Source: Gammaproteobacteria bacterium (GTDB lineage Bacteria; Pseudomonadota; Gammaproteobacteria; Burkholderiales; SG8-39). Taken from it: a DNA stretch of 64,000 nt. The stretch covers positions 17,938-81,937 of the forward strand of contig JBGQFD010000002.1 in NCBI GenBank assembly GCA_041496705.1, in the 5' to 3' direction. The notes under the pieces are model-generated. The model had not been told where the DNA came from. It worked only from the letters and a program-made list of their open reading frames with translations, and searched no databases. Shown piece after piece: positions 47,046-56,418 of the stretch (within the stretch, counting starts at the first letter, position 1; every line of letters starts with the position of its first letter). Both the position numbers and the translations under genes were made by a program.

Positions 47046-48017
47046 ATGGCGTTCGACGTTGTTTGCCTCAGACCCGAGGCGGATTTCCTGCGGGTCGGCG
47101 TCACCCCTCCCGCAACCCTGAAGATCGCCTACCGCGCGCCGGCTGATCCCGATCTCCCGGCGTTGATCCACGAAACGCGCGCCCTGGTCATGCCCGCGGT
47201 CGGCCCCAAGCTTCCCGCTGCGCCGATGGAGAACAGCAAACTCAAGCTCGTGCAAGTCACCGGAGCGGGTGTCGATCGTCTCGACGAGCCGGCGCTGAAG
47301 CGCCTCGGCATCCCGGTCGCGAACGTCCCGGGAGGCAGCAACGACGCGGTCGCGGAATACGTGGTTGCCGCCGCCTCGCTGCTGCTTCGGCGCCTGGCGT
47401 GGAGCGGCGAGGAGGTGCGCGCCGGGCGCTACAAGGAGTTCCGCGCGGCCATGCTCGCCGAGAACCTCGCCGGTCTGCACGGCTTGACGGTCGGCATCGT
47501 CGGCCTGGGAACGATAGGCTTAGCTGTCGCAAAGGCGCTGCGCGCCCACGACTGCGAGATCCTCTACTACGATCCTGCGCCGCGCGATGCTTCTCAGTTC
47601 GGCGCGAAGTCAGTCACCCTTGACGAACTGCTCGCTGCATCCGATGTGGTGACGGTCCACGTGCCGCTCATTCCCGCCACGCAAGGCATGATCGGCACAG
47701 CCCAGCTCGCGAAAATGAGAAAGGACGCGATCCTCGTCAACGCAGCGCGAGGCGGCATCGTCGACGAGGTGGCGCTTGCCGCGGCCTTGCGCAGCAGCGC
47801 GATCGGCGGCGCCGCGGTCGACGTCTATTCGGTCGAGCCTCCCGAGGATTCGAACCCCTTACTGTCGCTCGAAGGCGAGGCAGCGCACCGGCTGTTGCTC
47901 ACGCCCCACATCGCCGGCGTCACGCGGCAGGCCTACGCGATTCTGTTCCGCTCGGCGTGGGAAAACGTCGAGCGCGTGTTGCTGCGGGGACTCGCGCCGC
48001 TCAACCGCGTTTATTGA
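47046..48017 (+). CDS. D-isomer-specific 2-hydroxyacid dehydrogenase
   Basis: GIVGLGTIGLAVA, NAARGGIVDE and PHIAGVT. Confidence 0.9.
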   Translation: MAFDVVCLRPEADFLRVGVTPPATLKIAYRAPADPDLPALIHETRALVMPAVGPKLPAAPMENSKLKLVQVTGAGVDRLDEPALKRLGIPVANVPGGSNDAVAEYVVAAASLLLRRLAWSGEEVRAGRYKEFRAAMLAENLAGLHGLTVGIVGLGTIGLAVAKALRAHDCEILYYDPAPRDASQFGAKSVTLDELLAASDVVTVHVPLIPATQGMIGTAQLAKMRKDAILVNAARGGIVDEVALAAALRSSAIGGAAVDVYSVEPPEDSNPLLSLEGEAAHRLLLTPHIAGVTRQAYAILFRSAWENVERVLLRGLAPLNRVY

Positions 48018-48825
48018 CCGGCAAGTAGCGCCTCGGCTTCCGATCCAGGCGCACCGCGATTCCCTTGAGCACGGCGCTCGCCGCGGGGTAACGCCGCATC
48101 ACCAGCGGATCGTGGCCCGGAACGACGAGTTCCGGCGCATCCCCCAGCTCGCGCAGCCGCCGCCAGCCTTCGACCATGCCACCGGCATCGAAGACGATGG
48201 GAAACGGCCGCTCCTCGTTAATGTTGGCGTAGAGATGCGCCGCATCCGAGGCGAGCACGATCCAGCCGGCCCGGGTATGCACGCGCACCACCTGCAGACC
48301 TCGGGTATGCCCGCCGATCTTGTGCAACGAGAATCCCGGCGCAAGTTCGGCATCGCCGTCGTGAAAATGCACGCGCCCACGGTAGACCTCGCGCACCATC
48401 GCCAAGACTTCATCCACCTCGTAGGCCTGCCGGAAGAACTCGTGCGCCATGTACCGGCCGGTCGCGTACGCCATCTCGTCGTCCTGCAAGTGGAAGGTCG
48501 CAGCGGGGAACAGCGCGAAATTGCCGACGTGGTCGTAGTGCAGGTGCGTGATCACGACGTCTTTCACCTTCTTCGGATCCACTCCCAGACGGAGCAAGGT
48601 CCTGGTCGGGGGCGTCAGCATCCTGCGACCACGGCGCCTGGCTACCTTGGGATCGAACCCCGTGTCGATGACGAAGTTGCGCTGCTTGGAGCGCGCCAGC
48701 CATACGAAATAGTCGAGATTGCTCGCGGTCTCGTGCGGGTCGCCGCCGATGAAATTCTCGGCTGCCTTGCGCTCGAGCGTGGCGTACTTGATCGCGAAGA
48801 CTTCGTACTCTTCCGGTCTGGACAT
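48001..48825 (-). CDS. MBL-fold metallo-hydrolase (lactonase-like)
   Basis: HLHYDHVGN (HxHxDH). The start could be 48825 or 48846. Its 3' end overlaps the convergent dehydrogenase gene by 17 nt. Confidence 0.8.
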   Translation of the reverse strand: MSRPEEYEVFAIKYATLERKAAENFIGGDPHETASNLDYFVWLARSKQRNFVIDTGFDPKVARRRGRRMLTPPTRTLLRLGVDPKKVKDVVITHLHYDHVGNFALFPAATFHLQDDEMAYATGRYMAHEFFRQAYEVDEVLAMVREVYRGRVHFHDGDAELAPGFSLHKIGGHTRGLQVVRVHTRAGWIVLASDAAHLYANINEERPFPIVFDAGGMVEGWRRLRELGDAPELVVPGHDPLVMRRYPAASAVLKGIAVRLDRKPRRYLPVNKRG

Positions 48826-48829
48826 CGAC

Positions 48830-49762
48830 TCAAGCTTTCGTTCCAAGTTCGGTACCGGCGAGCTTCTCCCAGTAGCGCACCACGGCAGTGTGGTCGGCGC
48901 CGGGGCCGAGGCTCGCTTGCGCTTCGCTCCAGGCTTCGAGGCAGGCCTCGCCGAACGGCGCCGGCGAACCGCTCGCGCGCGCCACTTCCAGCGCGGTGTT
49001 CAGGTCCTTCACCATGAGATCGAGCGAAAAACCGGAATTGAAGGCACGCGAGAGGATGTACTGGTGGAACTTGTTGAGAGTCGAGTTGTTCATCCCGGTC
49101 GAGGCGTTGAGAATGTTCACCACGTTCGCCGGGTCGAGGCCGAAGCGCTGTCCCGCGAGCACCGCTTCTGCCGCCGCGGCCAACCCAGCCGCCGAAACGT
49201 AGTTGTTGAGCGCCTTCATTGCATGCCCGGACCCGAGCGGGCCGGTGAGGAAAATCCGCTTGCCCATCGCTTCGAGGAGCGGTCTGCAGCGCGCGATGGT
49301 TGCGGCGTCGCCGCCGACCATGATCGACAGGCTCGCTTCCACGGCCTTCCTTACGCCGCCGGAGACCGGCGCGTCCAGCATGGCGACGCCGCGCCCGGCG
49401 AGCTGCGCGCCGAGTTCGCGCGTCCCGACCGGGGAAGACGAGCTCATGTCGATGAGAATCGCTCCCGCCGGCAGGCCCGCAAGCAGCGAGTCTCCTCCGC
49501 CCTCCGCGCCGAAAACGACGGCCCTGACCGCCTTGCCCTCCGGCAGCATCGTGATGACCGCCTCGCAGCTCGCGCCGATCGCCTTCAGCGATCCTGGCGC
49601 TTCGGCACCGGTTGCATCGCATGCGCGCGCGAGGGTCTCGCGGTTGAGGTCGAGGACGGCGAGGAGAAACCCGGCGCGGGCGAGGCTGCGCGCCATCGGC
49701 AAGCCCATCTGGCCGAGGCCGATGAACCCAATGCGTGCCGGGGGAACGAGGGGATCAGGCAT
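48830..49762 (-). CDS. NAD(P)-dependent 3-hydroxyisobutyrate dehydrogenase family oxidoreductase
   Basis: IGFIGLGQMGLPMA and GSGHAMKALNN. Confidence 0.9.
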   Translation of the reverse strand: MPDPLVPPARIGFIGLGQMGLPMARSLARAGFLLAVLDLNRETLARACDATGAEAPGSLKAIGASCEAVITMLPEGKAVRAVVFGAEGGGDSLLAGLPAGAILIDMSSSSPVGTRELGAQLAGRGVAMLDAPVSGGVRKAVEASLSIMVGGDAATIARCRPLLEAMGKRIFLTGPLGSGHAMKALNNYVSAAGLAAAAEAVLAGQRFGLDPANVVNILNASTGMNNSTLNKFHQYILSRAFNSGFSLDLMVKDLNTALEVARASGSPAPFGEACLEAWSEAQASLGPGADHTAVVRYWEKLAGTELGTKA

Positions 49763-49910
49763 ACGGACAGAACCTGTAATGAGATCGCAAGACTATAGCG
49801 GAAACGATTGGGTATAGTCGCGTACTGGAAGCATCGTACGAGCAAAGACAATTCGTTTTCCAGCACTTTTCCTGGCGCTCACTCTCGTCTCCGGCTTCGC
49901 CGCGACCGCC

Positions 49911-51539
49911 TTGCACAATCCATCGGCGCTCGCGCAGGAGCCGGCCGCGGCTGCGTCGCAGTCCGGGGCTGAGGCCGTGCGGCCAAACGCCGACCTTTCC
50001 TTCGAGAACCTGGAGCTCATCGGCGCGGTCATAGGCGAAATCCGCATCGACGCCCAGAATATTTTCGACCTGAACGATGAGAAAGAGAACGGCTTTTTCT
50101 ATGGTGCGGCGAACACCTTGCACATTCGCACCCAACCGGCGGTGATTCGGCGCCAACTTCTCTTCAAGAGCGGCGAGCGCGTCTCGAAGCGCATCATCGA
50201 GGAAACGGAGCGCCTGCTGCGATTGAACCATTTTCTCTACGACGTCAGCATCCGGGCCACTGCCTACCGCGACGGCCTGGTCGACATCGAAGTCAAAACG
50301 CGGGACACCTGGACCCTGGAACCGGGCGTCAGCGCCAGCCGCTCCGGCGGCACAAACAACAGGGGCATTACGCTGAAGGAAAACAACGCCCTCGGCACTG
50401 GCGCTTTCTTCGGAATCAGCCGCACCTCAGACGCCGAGCGAACCGGAACCGAGTACCGGATATCCCAGCCCCATGCGTTCGACGGCTGGACCAACATCGA
50501 CTACTCGCTCACTCAGCTGAGCGACGGATTGAGCAGATCCGCGTCCGTCACCCGCCCGTTTTACGCCCTGGACACACGCTGGGCTGCGGGTGTTACCGCG
50601 TCCACCGACAATCGCGTCAACTCCCTCTTCACCAACGGCGCGCTCGCCAGCCAGTATCGCCGCTGGGAGGACAAGGCGGAGGCTTTCGGCGGCTGGTCGG
50701 CCGGCCTGGTAGATGGCTGGTCGCAACGATACTCATTGGGCATGACTTACGTGAAGGACACCTACAACCTCGACCCGGGCCTGCCACCTCCGGCTGAAAT
50801 GCCTCCCAACGTTACCCTCGTCGCGCCATTTTTCCGGTACGAGACCGTGGAGGACCAATTCGAGCAGGTCAAGAACAAGGATCTGATCCAGCGACCCGAG
50901 TACTTCGCCATGGGGTTCCAGTCCAAGCTGCAACTGGGCCGCTCGCTCGAGGGACTCGGTTCCACGCAAAGCCTGTGGCTGTACTCTGCCAGCGCCGGCG
51001 ACGGTATCAGGCTTCCACGCGGCCAGACCGTACTCGCTTCGACGTCGATCGGCGGGCAGTCCGGCTACGTCCCGCTCGGTCGCCGGACGCTAAGCGGCTC
51101 GATCCGTTATTACGGGAATCCGAAGGGCGATGCCTTGTTGTTTTCCTCTCTCTCGGGTGATGCCCTCAAGGACCCGACCGGTTCGAGCCAGCTCGTGCTC
51201 GGCGGCGACACCGGTCTGCGCGGCTATCCGCGCAATTACCAGAGCGGCGACCGGCGGGTGCTGTTGAACGTCGAAGAGCGCGTGTATTCCGACTGGTATC
51301 CGTTCCGTCTGTTCCGCGTCGGCGCCGCGGTTTTCTATGACCTCGGTCGCGCCTGGGGCGGGCCGACTCAGAGCACGGCGAACACGGGATGGCTGAACGA
51401 CGTCGGCTTCGGGCTGCGCATCCTGAGCGCCCGCTCGGCCTTCGGCAACGTGCTGCACATCGATCTCGCGTTTCCCCTGAACCGGGACCCGGGCATCAAG
51501 TCGGTGCAGTTCCTGGTGTCCACCAAGATCACCCTGTAG
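49911..51539 (+). CDS. Omp85/BamA-family outer-membrane protein with a single POTRA domain. The true start is probably upstream of 49911.
   Basis: POTRA-like IGEIRIDAQNIFD...VDIEVKTRDTW. The beta-barrel ends in ...VQFLVSTKITL. The in-frame upstream codons 49851-49910 encode a signal peptide. Confidence 0.8.
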   Translation: MHNPSALAQEPAAAASQSGAEAVRPNADLSFENLELIGAVIGEIRIDAQNIFDLNDEKENGFFYGAANTLHIRTQPAVIRRQLLFKSGERVSKRIIEETERLLRLNHFLYDVSIRATAYRDGLVDIEVKTRDTWTLEPGVSASRSGGTNNRGITLKENNALGTGAFFGISRTSDAERTGTEYRISQPHAFDGWTNIDYSLTQLSDGLSRSASVTRPFYALDTRWAAGVTASTDNRVNSLFTNGALASQYRRWEDKAEAFGGWSAGLVDGWSQRYSLGMTYVKDTYNLDPGLPPPAEMPPNVTLVAPFFRYETVEDQFEQVKNKDLIQRPEYFAMGFQSKLQLGRSLEGLGSTQSLWLYSASAGDGIRLPRGQTVLASTSIGGQSGYVPLGRRTLSGSIRYYGNPKGDALLFSSLSGDALKDPTGSSQLVLGGDTGLRGYPRNYQSGDRRVLLNVEERVYSDWYPFRLFRVGAAVFYDLGRAWGGPTQSTANTGWLNDVGFGLRILSARSAFGNVLHIDLAFPLNRDPGIKSVQFLVSTKITL

Positions 51540-52704
51540 AGACGGGTCCGACTCCGGCCGCCGCTGCCGTGGCCGGATGCGCAACACGTTCGTCGGCAAA
51601 CCGGTAACAGCCCTTTCCTGCCCGTTTCGCTTCGTACATCGCACGATCGGCAGCCAGGAGCAATTCGTCGGCGATACGCTCCCGCGCCACCTCGGTGTCG
51701 CTGCAGGCTATGCCGATGCTTGCACTCACGCGCAGACCCTGCACTGCGTACAGGTCGATTTCTGCGATCGCGCTCAGTACCGCCTCTGCGACCGAAATGG
51801 CATCGGAATTGTCGTGCGCGAGTTCCATCAGAACCACGAACTCGTCGCCGCCCAGCCTCGCGAAGGTGTCGGACTGACGCATACGGCCCCCTACCCGCCG
51901 CGCGATTTCCTCGAGCAGTCGATCCCCCGCCTCGTGGCCAAGCGTGTCGTTGACTGCTTTGAAACCATCAATGTCGAAAAGAAGCAGCGCAACCCTGCGC
52001 CCGTTTCGGGCTGCGGCGGCGAGGGTCTGCGACAATCGTTCCTGAAAATAGAGCCTGTTGGGAAGTCGCGTCAGTTGATCCTGTCCGGCAAGCTGTGCGA
52101 CTTCCTCGATCTTTTCAGCAAGACGCCGGTTTGCCGACGCGATTCGACCCAGAAGGATCGACGTGTTGATAGTGTTGGCGACAAGCCCGAAGATGATCGT
52201 TGCCCCGAACAGCTGCTGGTCCTGCCAGTACGGGCTCGCCGCCAGGATCCACACCATGCTGAGCAGGGCGATGGCTGTCGCGAGAAACAGGTAGTGGCGT
52301 CCAAACCTCAGGCCCCATCCCACGGTCGTCAGGAAATTGAACCCGACGTACGCGGCGAACATGCCTCCGAAGGAAGCTACATACCCGCCAACGAGGTTAT
52401 CCATCAGGATTGCGAGCCCCCTGCGGACGTGCGTCGGTGCAGGATTCAGGCGCACATGTATCGAATAGCCGATCGCATAGATGGGGAACACCACGGCAAC
52501 GCCGACGATGCCAGCGGGCAGCTCGGCGAAACGCCCGATGACAATGAAGCCGAGCAGGCTGACCAAGGTACACCAAAGCCGAGTTCCGGCCTGTCCCAGC
52601 TCGAGGCTCTGGGCCGACTCCGGGCCGAGCCAGTGCCCAAGCGGCAGAACCCGATCGAGGATACCTTTGCGCTCGACCCGAATAGCGGTAAGACCGGCTT
52701 CCAT
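51529..52704 (-). CDS. Membrane-anchored diguanylate cyclase (GGDEF)
   Basis: Start at MEAGL. About 6 TM segments. RQSD I-site + GGDEF. The 3' end overlaps the convergent Omp85 gene by 11 nt. Confidence 0.85.
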   Translation of the reverse strand: MEAGLTAIRVERKGILDRVLPLGHWLGPESAQSLELGQAGTRLWCTLVSLLGFIVIGRFAELPAGIVGVAVVFPIYAIGYSIHVRLNPAPTHVRRGLAILMDNLVGGYVASFGGMFAAYVGFNFLTTVGWGLRFGRHYLFLATAIALLSMVWILAASPYWQDQQLFGATIIFGLVANTINTSILLGRIASANRRLAEKIEEVAQLAGQDQLTRLPNRLYFQERLSQTLAAAARNGRRVALLLFDIDGFKAVNDTLGHEAGDRLLEEIARRVGGRMRQSDTFARLGGDEFVVLMELAHDNSDAISVAEAVLSAIAEIDLYAVQGLRVSASIGIACSDTEVARERIADELLLAADRAMYEAKRAGKGCYRFADERVAHPATAAAAGVGPVSTG

Positions 52705-52723
52705 GCTTTCGCGCCTGCCCCGT

Positions 52724-53086
52724 TCAGGGAAGCTGAATCTTGCCGCCGGGGGACTGTGGCACCACGATCGAGGAAGCGGCCTGGCGGCGTAGTTCCTGCA
52801 GTTCCCGGACGGTCCGCTCGATCGCCTCGTTGGCGAGCGAACCAAATTTCTCCGCGGCCTCTTCGAGCGACGCAGCGCCGATCTCGAAGGCGATGGGGAT
52901 CGCGCCCGCGGGCGTCATCACCTGGGTATCACCGACGTAGACGACACCACGTCCGGCCTCCGGTTTGCCGTCGCGGGTCACTGGCGTGAGCCGCCGGATC
53001 GAGCCGATGCGCCGATCGGTAAACATTTCCTCGAGATAGAGTTTGTCGGGATCAAGCTTCAGCTCGGTGGATTTGAGTTCTGCCAT
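52724..53086 (-). CDS. Conserved-looking hypothetical protein (120 aa)
   Basis: Clean ORF of 120 aa with non-shadow composition. It lies 19 nt upstream of the GGDEF gene. I do not recognise any motif in it. Confidence 0.65.
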   Translation of the reverse strand: MAELKSTELKLDPDKLYLEEMFTDRRIGSIRRLTPVTRDGKPEAGRGVVYVGDTQVMTPAGAIPIAFEIGAASLEEAAEKFGSLANEAIERTVRELQELRRQAASSIVVPQSPGGKIQLP

Positions 53087-53155
53087 GTTCCGGCTCCGTG
53101 AATCAAGCGCGCAGTGTAACGCTTTGCGCCGCAGGCGTCGCGCGCGCTGGCAGAC

Positions 53156-53932
53156 TCAGGCGGGACTTTGCGCCACCGCCGAAAGCCGCAGAAGGGTTGC
53201 GCCGATCGTCGTGCGCAGCACCGCGTCCGCAAGACGGTCGAGCGGAGTCGGCTCTGCGTTCACGATGACGATGCGCGCCCCCGCCTGTTTTGCGATCGCG
53301 ACTGCTCCGGCGATCGGGTACACCTGCAGGCTGGTGCCGACCGAAACGAACAGGTCGGCCTCGGCGGCTGCCCGCATCGCCCGGTCGATAACTTCCGGAA
53401 CCAGCGGCTGACCGAAGGATATTGTGTCGCTCTTCAGAACTCCGCCGCACTGCTCGCAGGGCGGATCGGCTTCGCCCGCGCGCACGCGCTCCAGCGTCGC
53501 CTGCATCGGCCCCTTGCAGCCGCAAGACAGGCACACCACTGCGTGCAGCGTGCCGTGCACCTCGATGACGCGTCGGGGCGAATTCCCCGCCTTCTGATGC
53601 AGCCCGTCGATGTTCTGGGTGATGAGCGCATGGAGCTTGCCGCGCCGCTCGATCTCGACGATCGACAGGTGCCCCGCGTTGGGTTGTGCAGTCCACGCCG
53701 GATGCGCAAGGCGCGCCTGCCACGATTTCTTGCGGATTTCGGGGTCGGCAACGTAGTGGCGGATATCGGAGAGCTTCTCCGCCTGCGGGTCCTTCGTCCA
53801 CACCCCCTCGGGTCCGCGGAAATCCGGAATGCCCGACTCGGTGGAAATCCCGGCGCCGGTGAGTACGACGATGTGCCTGGCTTGCTCAACCCAGGCGCAG
53901 ACGGACTCGATCAATGGCCCGTTTGAGTTCAA
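53156..53932 (-). CDS. cobB: NAD-dependent protein deacylase (Sir2/CobB)
   Basis: GAGISTESGIPDFRG, QNIDGLH, and the Zn ribbon CLSCGC...CEQCGG. Confidence 0.9.
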   Translation of the reverse strand: MNSNGPLIESVCAWVEQARHIVVLTGAGISTESGIPDFRGPEGVWTKDPQAEKLSDIRHYVADPEIRKKSWQARLAHPAWTAQPNAGHLSIVEIERRGKLHALITQNIDGLHQKAGNSPRRVIEVHGTLHAVVCLSCGCKGPMQATLERVRAGEADPPCEQCGGVLKSDTISFGQPLVPEVIDRAMRAAAEADLFVSVGTSLQVYPIAGAVAIAKQAGARIVIVNAEPTPLDRLADAVLRTTIGATLLRLSAVAQSPA

Positions 53933-53955
53933 GTCGACGTGGGCGCGCCAGCGCC

Positions 53956-56418
53956 TTAGCCTTTCCGGCTCCGACCTGATCGGCCAGGAAGCGTACCTTC
54001 AATCACTCCCAGGGCCGGCCGCGCGAGGTGATATTTGTTGCGCCCCGCGTGCTTCGCCTTGTAGAGCGCGGCGTCGGCCTGTTTGAGCAGCTCCTCGCCG
54101 GTCGTCTCGCCCCGCGTGAAGGCAATGCCGAAGCTCGTTGTCGCGCGCAGCGCCTTCGACTCGACGTGAAACTCCCTACGCATCGCATCGATGATCTTGT
54201 CGGCGATCGCGCGGGCATCCCCTTCCTCGCGCACGTCTTCGAGCAGAACGACGAATTCGTCCCCGCCCAGGCGCGCCACTGTGTCTGTTTCGCGCACGCA
54301 CGCGTTGAGGCGCTCGGCGAACGCCTTGAGCAAGGCGTCGCCCGCCGCGTGCCCGAGAGCGTCGTTGATTTCCTTGAAATGGTCGAGATCGAGATAGAAG
54401 ATCGAGATCAATTGCGCGTTCCTGCGCGCGCGGGCGAGCGCCTGCTCGAGCCGGTCGCCGAGGAGGTTTCGGTTAGGCAGGCCCGTAAGGCTGTCGTACT
54501 GCGCCGCGCGCTCCAGTTGTGCGCGGCTCTCGGCAAGATCGGCGTCCGCACGCTTGCGCTCGGTCACCTCCGCGTTCGTGCCGATGAGGCGCAGCGCCTG
54601 GCCGTCCGGATCGCGAGCTGTGACCTGCCCGTGGCTCTGGATCCAAATCCATAGGCCATCGTTCGTCATGACGCGATGCTCGGCACGAAAATACGGCGTC
54701 ACGCCCTTGAGGGCATCGCGGATCAGGCGACCGAGATCCGGCTTGTCGTCCAGGTGCACTGATCGCTCCAGCGCTTCGAATGTAGTGCGGGTCGGAGCGG
54801 GCTTCCCGCCACGCATGACCGCCCACCGCTCGCTCAAGAACACTTCACCGGTCGCGATGTTCCAGTCGAACAGCGCGAGCTGCGAGCCTTCCAGCGCGAG
54901 ACTGAGGCGTTGTTCGCTTTCGCGCAGCTTCTGCTCGGTGTGCTTGAGCGGGGTGACGTCACTCGCCAGAACGTAGAAGCCGGCAACGCTGCCGTCGGGG
55001 AGAACATCTGGAACGTAGCGAGCGTGCGTGTGCCGCGGCCGTCCGCCAAAGACGACGGGCAGGTCGAAGCTCACCGCCTTGCCGGCCAGGGCCTCGCGGA
55101 TATATGGTTCGAGCAACGCGTAGGCTTCGCCGAGGACTTCGCGCATGGTGCGTCCCTGGACTTCCTCCGGCGCCATGCCGAACCACTCCCGATAGGTGGC
55201 ATTCGCGTAGCGGTAGCGTTGTTCGGCATCGACGTACGAGATCAGCGCGGGCGTGTTGTCGGTGATCATCTCCAGCCGATGCGCGGTTTCCCGAAGCGCC
55301 GTAGCCGCTTCGTTGCGCTCCCGCATCAGCGCGTTGAAATCGGCAGCGAGATCGCCGATCTCGTTGCCGCCGCCGATCGGGACTTCGGGAACCGCGCCCG
55401 GATCGTTCCGGCTGCGGCGGATGGCTTGGTGTATGGCCAGCAGCGGGGCAAGCACCGAGCGCGCAGCGAGCCATATCAGCGGCGCGAGCACAAACGCCAA
55501 CCCCGCCATGAATTCGAAAATGTGTTTCTGCGCTGCAGCGAACGGCGCGTACGCCTCTTCGACCGGCAGCGCCGCCACGAGCACCCACGGAACGCTCTGC
55601 AGGGACTTGTAGCTGAAAAGCGCGCGCGCGCCGCGGCTGTCGACGCTCTCTTCGGTGCCTTCCGCCTTGGCTGTCGCGTGGTCGAAGAACGGAGACGCGC
55701 CCGGGGCCGGGCCTTTCGTCATGATGCGATCCTTGTCGGCGGACATCACAATCAGTCGACTCCGCGTGAACAGCGCAAAGGATCCGGTCTTGCCGACGGG
55801 TGTCCGGTCGATGCTGCCGAGAAAATTCGATCGGAACAGATTGAGCGTGCCGGTCAGCACGCCCAGGACCTCGCCGCTTGGGCCCAATATGGGCACCCCG
55901 AGAACCACCTGCGGCTCCCCGTTCTGCCGACTGCGGTGCGGAGGCGAGACAACCGGCCGCCCACGGGTTAGCACCTCGCGAATCCAGGGACGGTCCCTCA
56001 AATTGCTTGCATCACGTCCCTTGTCGTAAGGCACCGCGGCGACGGTCATCCCGTTGGCGGCAATCACCGAAAGCGCATCGAACTCGCTGCTCACTCCCGG
56101 GCGGTTCTCGAGGTTTTTCTGCATCAGGCCCGGGCGATTGAGTTCCCGGGCCGGCAGCACTTTCGCCACACCGGCGAGCGCGTTCAACCGCAACAGAAGC
56201 GTCTGATCGAGGGCGTCGGCGACGCGCGACACGAGCGTGAATTGCTGGGATTCGAGTACCTGCCTCAATTCGGTTTTTAAGATACTCAGTTGAATCGCCG
56301 AGACGAGCGCAAACAGCGCGAGCACGGCCGCCGTCGCGATCAGGGTGACTTTCGATTTGATGCTCAGGGGCCTCACGCCGGCTCCGCCAAGCGCATGCGG
56401 TCGCCCCAATTCATGCAC
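53956..56418 (-). CDS. Sensor diguanylate cyclase: TM - dCache-like - TM - HAMP - 2x PAS - GGDEF
   Basis: 820 aa with a periplasmic Cache-like block, two PAS modules, and an RETD I-site + GGDEF. The GTG start overlaps the upstream CoA-ligase stop by 8 nt. Confidence 0.9.
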   Translation of the reverse strand: MHELGRPHALGGAGVRPLSIKSKVTLIATAAVLALFALVSAIQLSILKTELRQVLESQQFTLVSRVADALDQTLLLRLNALAGVAKVLPARELNRPGLMQKNLENRPGVSSEFDALSVIAANGMTVAAVPYDKGRDASNLRDRPWIREVLTRGRPVVSPPHRSRQNGEPQVVLGVPILGPSGEVLGVLTGTLNLFRSNFLGSIDRTPVGKTGSFALFTRSRLIVMSADKDRIMTKGPAPGASPFFDHATAKAEGTEESVDSRGARALFSYKSLQSVPWVLVAALPVEEAYAPFAAAQKHIFEFMAGLAFVLAPLIWLAARSVLAPLLAIHQAIRRSRNDPGAVPEVPIGGGNEIGDLAADFNALMRERNEAATALRETAHRLEMITDNTPALISYVDAEQRYRYANATYREWFGMAPEEVQGRTMREVLGEAYALLEPYIREALAGKAVSFDLPVVFGGRPRHTHARYVPDVLPDGSVAGFYVLASDVTPLKHTEQKLRESEQRLSLALEGSQLALFDWNIATGEVFLSERWAVMRGGKPAPTRTTFEALERSVHLDDKPDLGRLIRDALKGVTPYFRAEHRVMTNDGLWIWIQSHGQVTARDPDGQALRLIGTNAEVTERKRADADLAESRAQLERAAQYDSLTGLPNRNLLGDRLEQALARARRNAQLISIFYLDLDHFKEINDALGHAAGDALLKAFAERLNACVRETDTVARLGGDEFVVLLEDVREEGDARAIADKIIDAMRREFHVESKALRATTSFGIAFTRGETTGEELLKQADAALYKAKHAGRNKYHLARPALGVIEGTLPGRSGRSRKG

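Noticed and set aside
48001-48846. Calling the MBL-fold protein an N-acyl-homoserine-lactone (quorum-quenching) lactonase
   Set aside because: Only the generic HxHxDH motif is visible. Substrate class cannot be inferred from the sequence without a phylogeny.
53156-53932. Sir2-domain gene as a possible anti-phage defence module (Thoeris/DSR/SIR2-HerA type)
   Set aside because: At 258 aa it has the canonical CobB motifs (GAGISTESGIPDFRG, QNIDGLH) and an intact Cys4 zinc ribbon. It has no fused or adjacent effector/sensor partner (TIR, HerA, STAND). It looks like a housekeeping protein deacylase.
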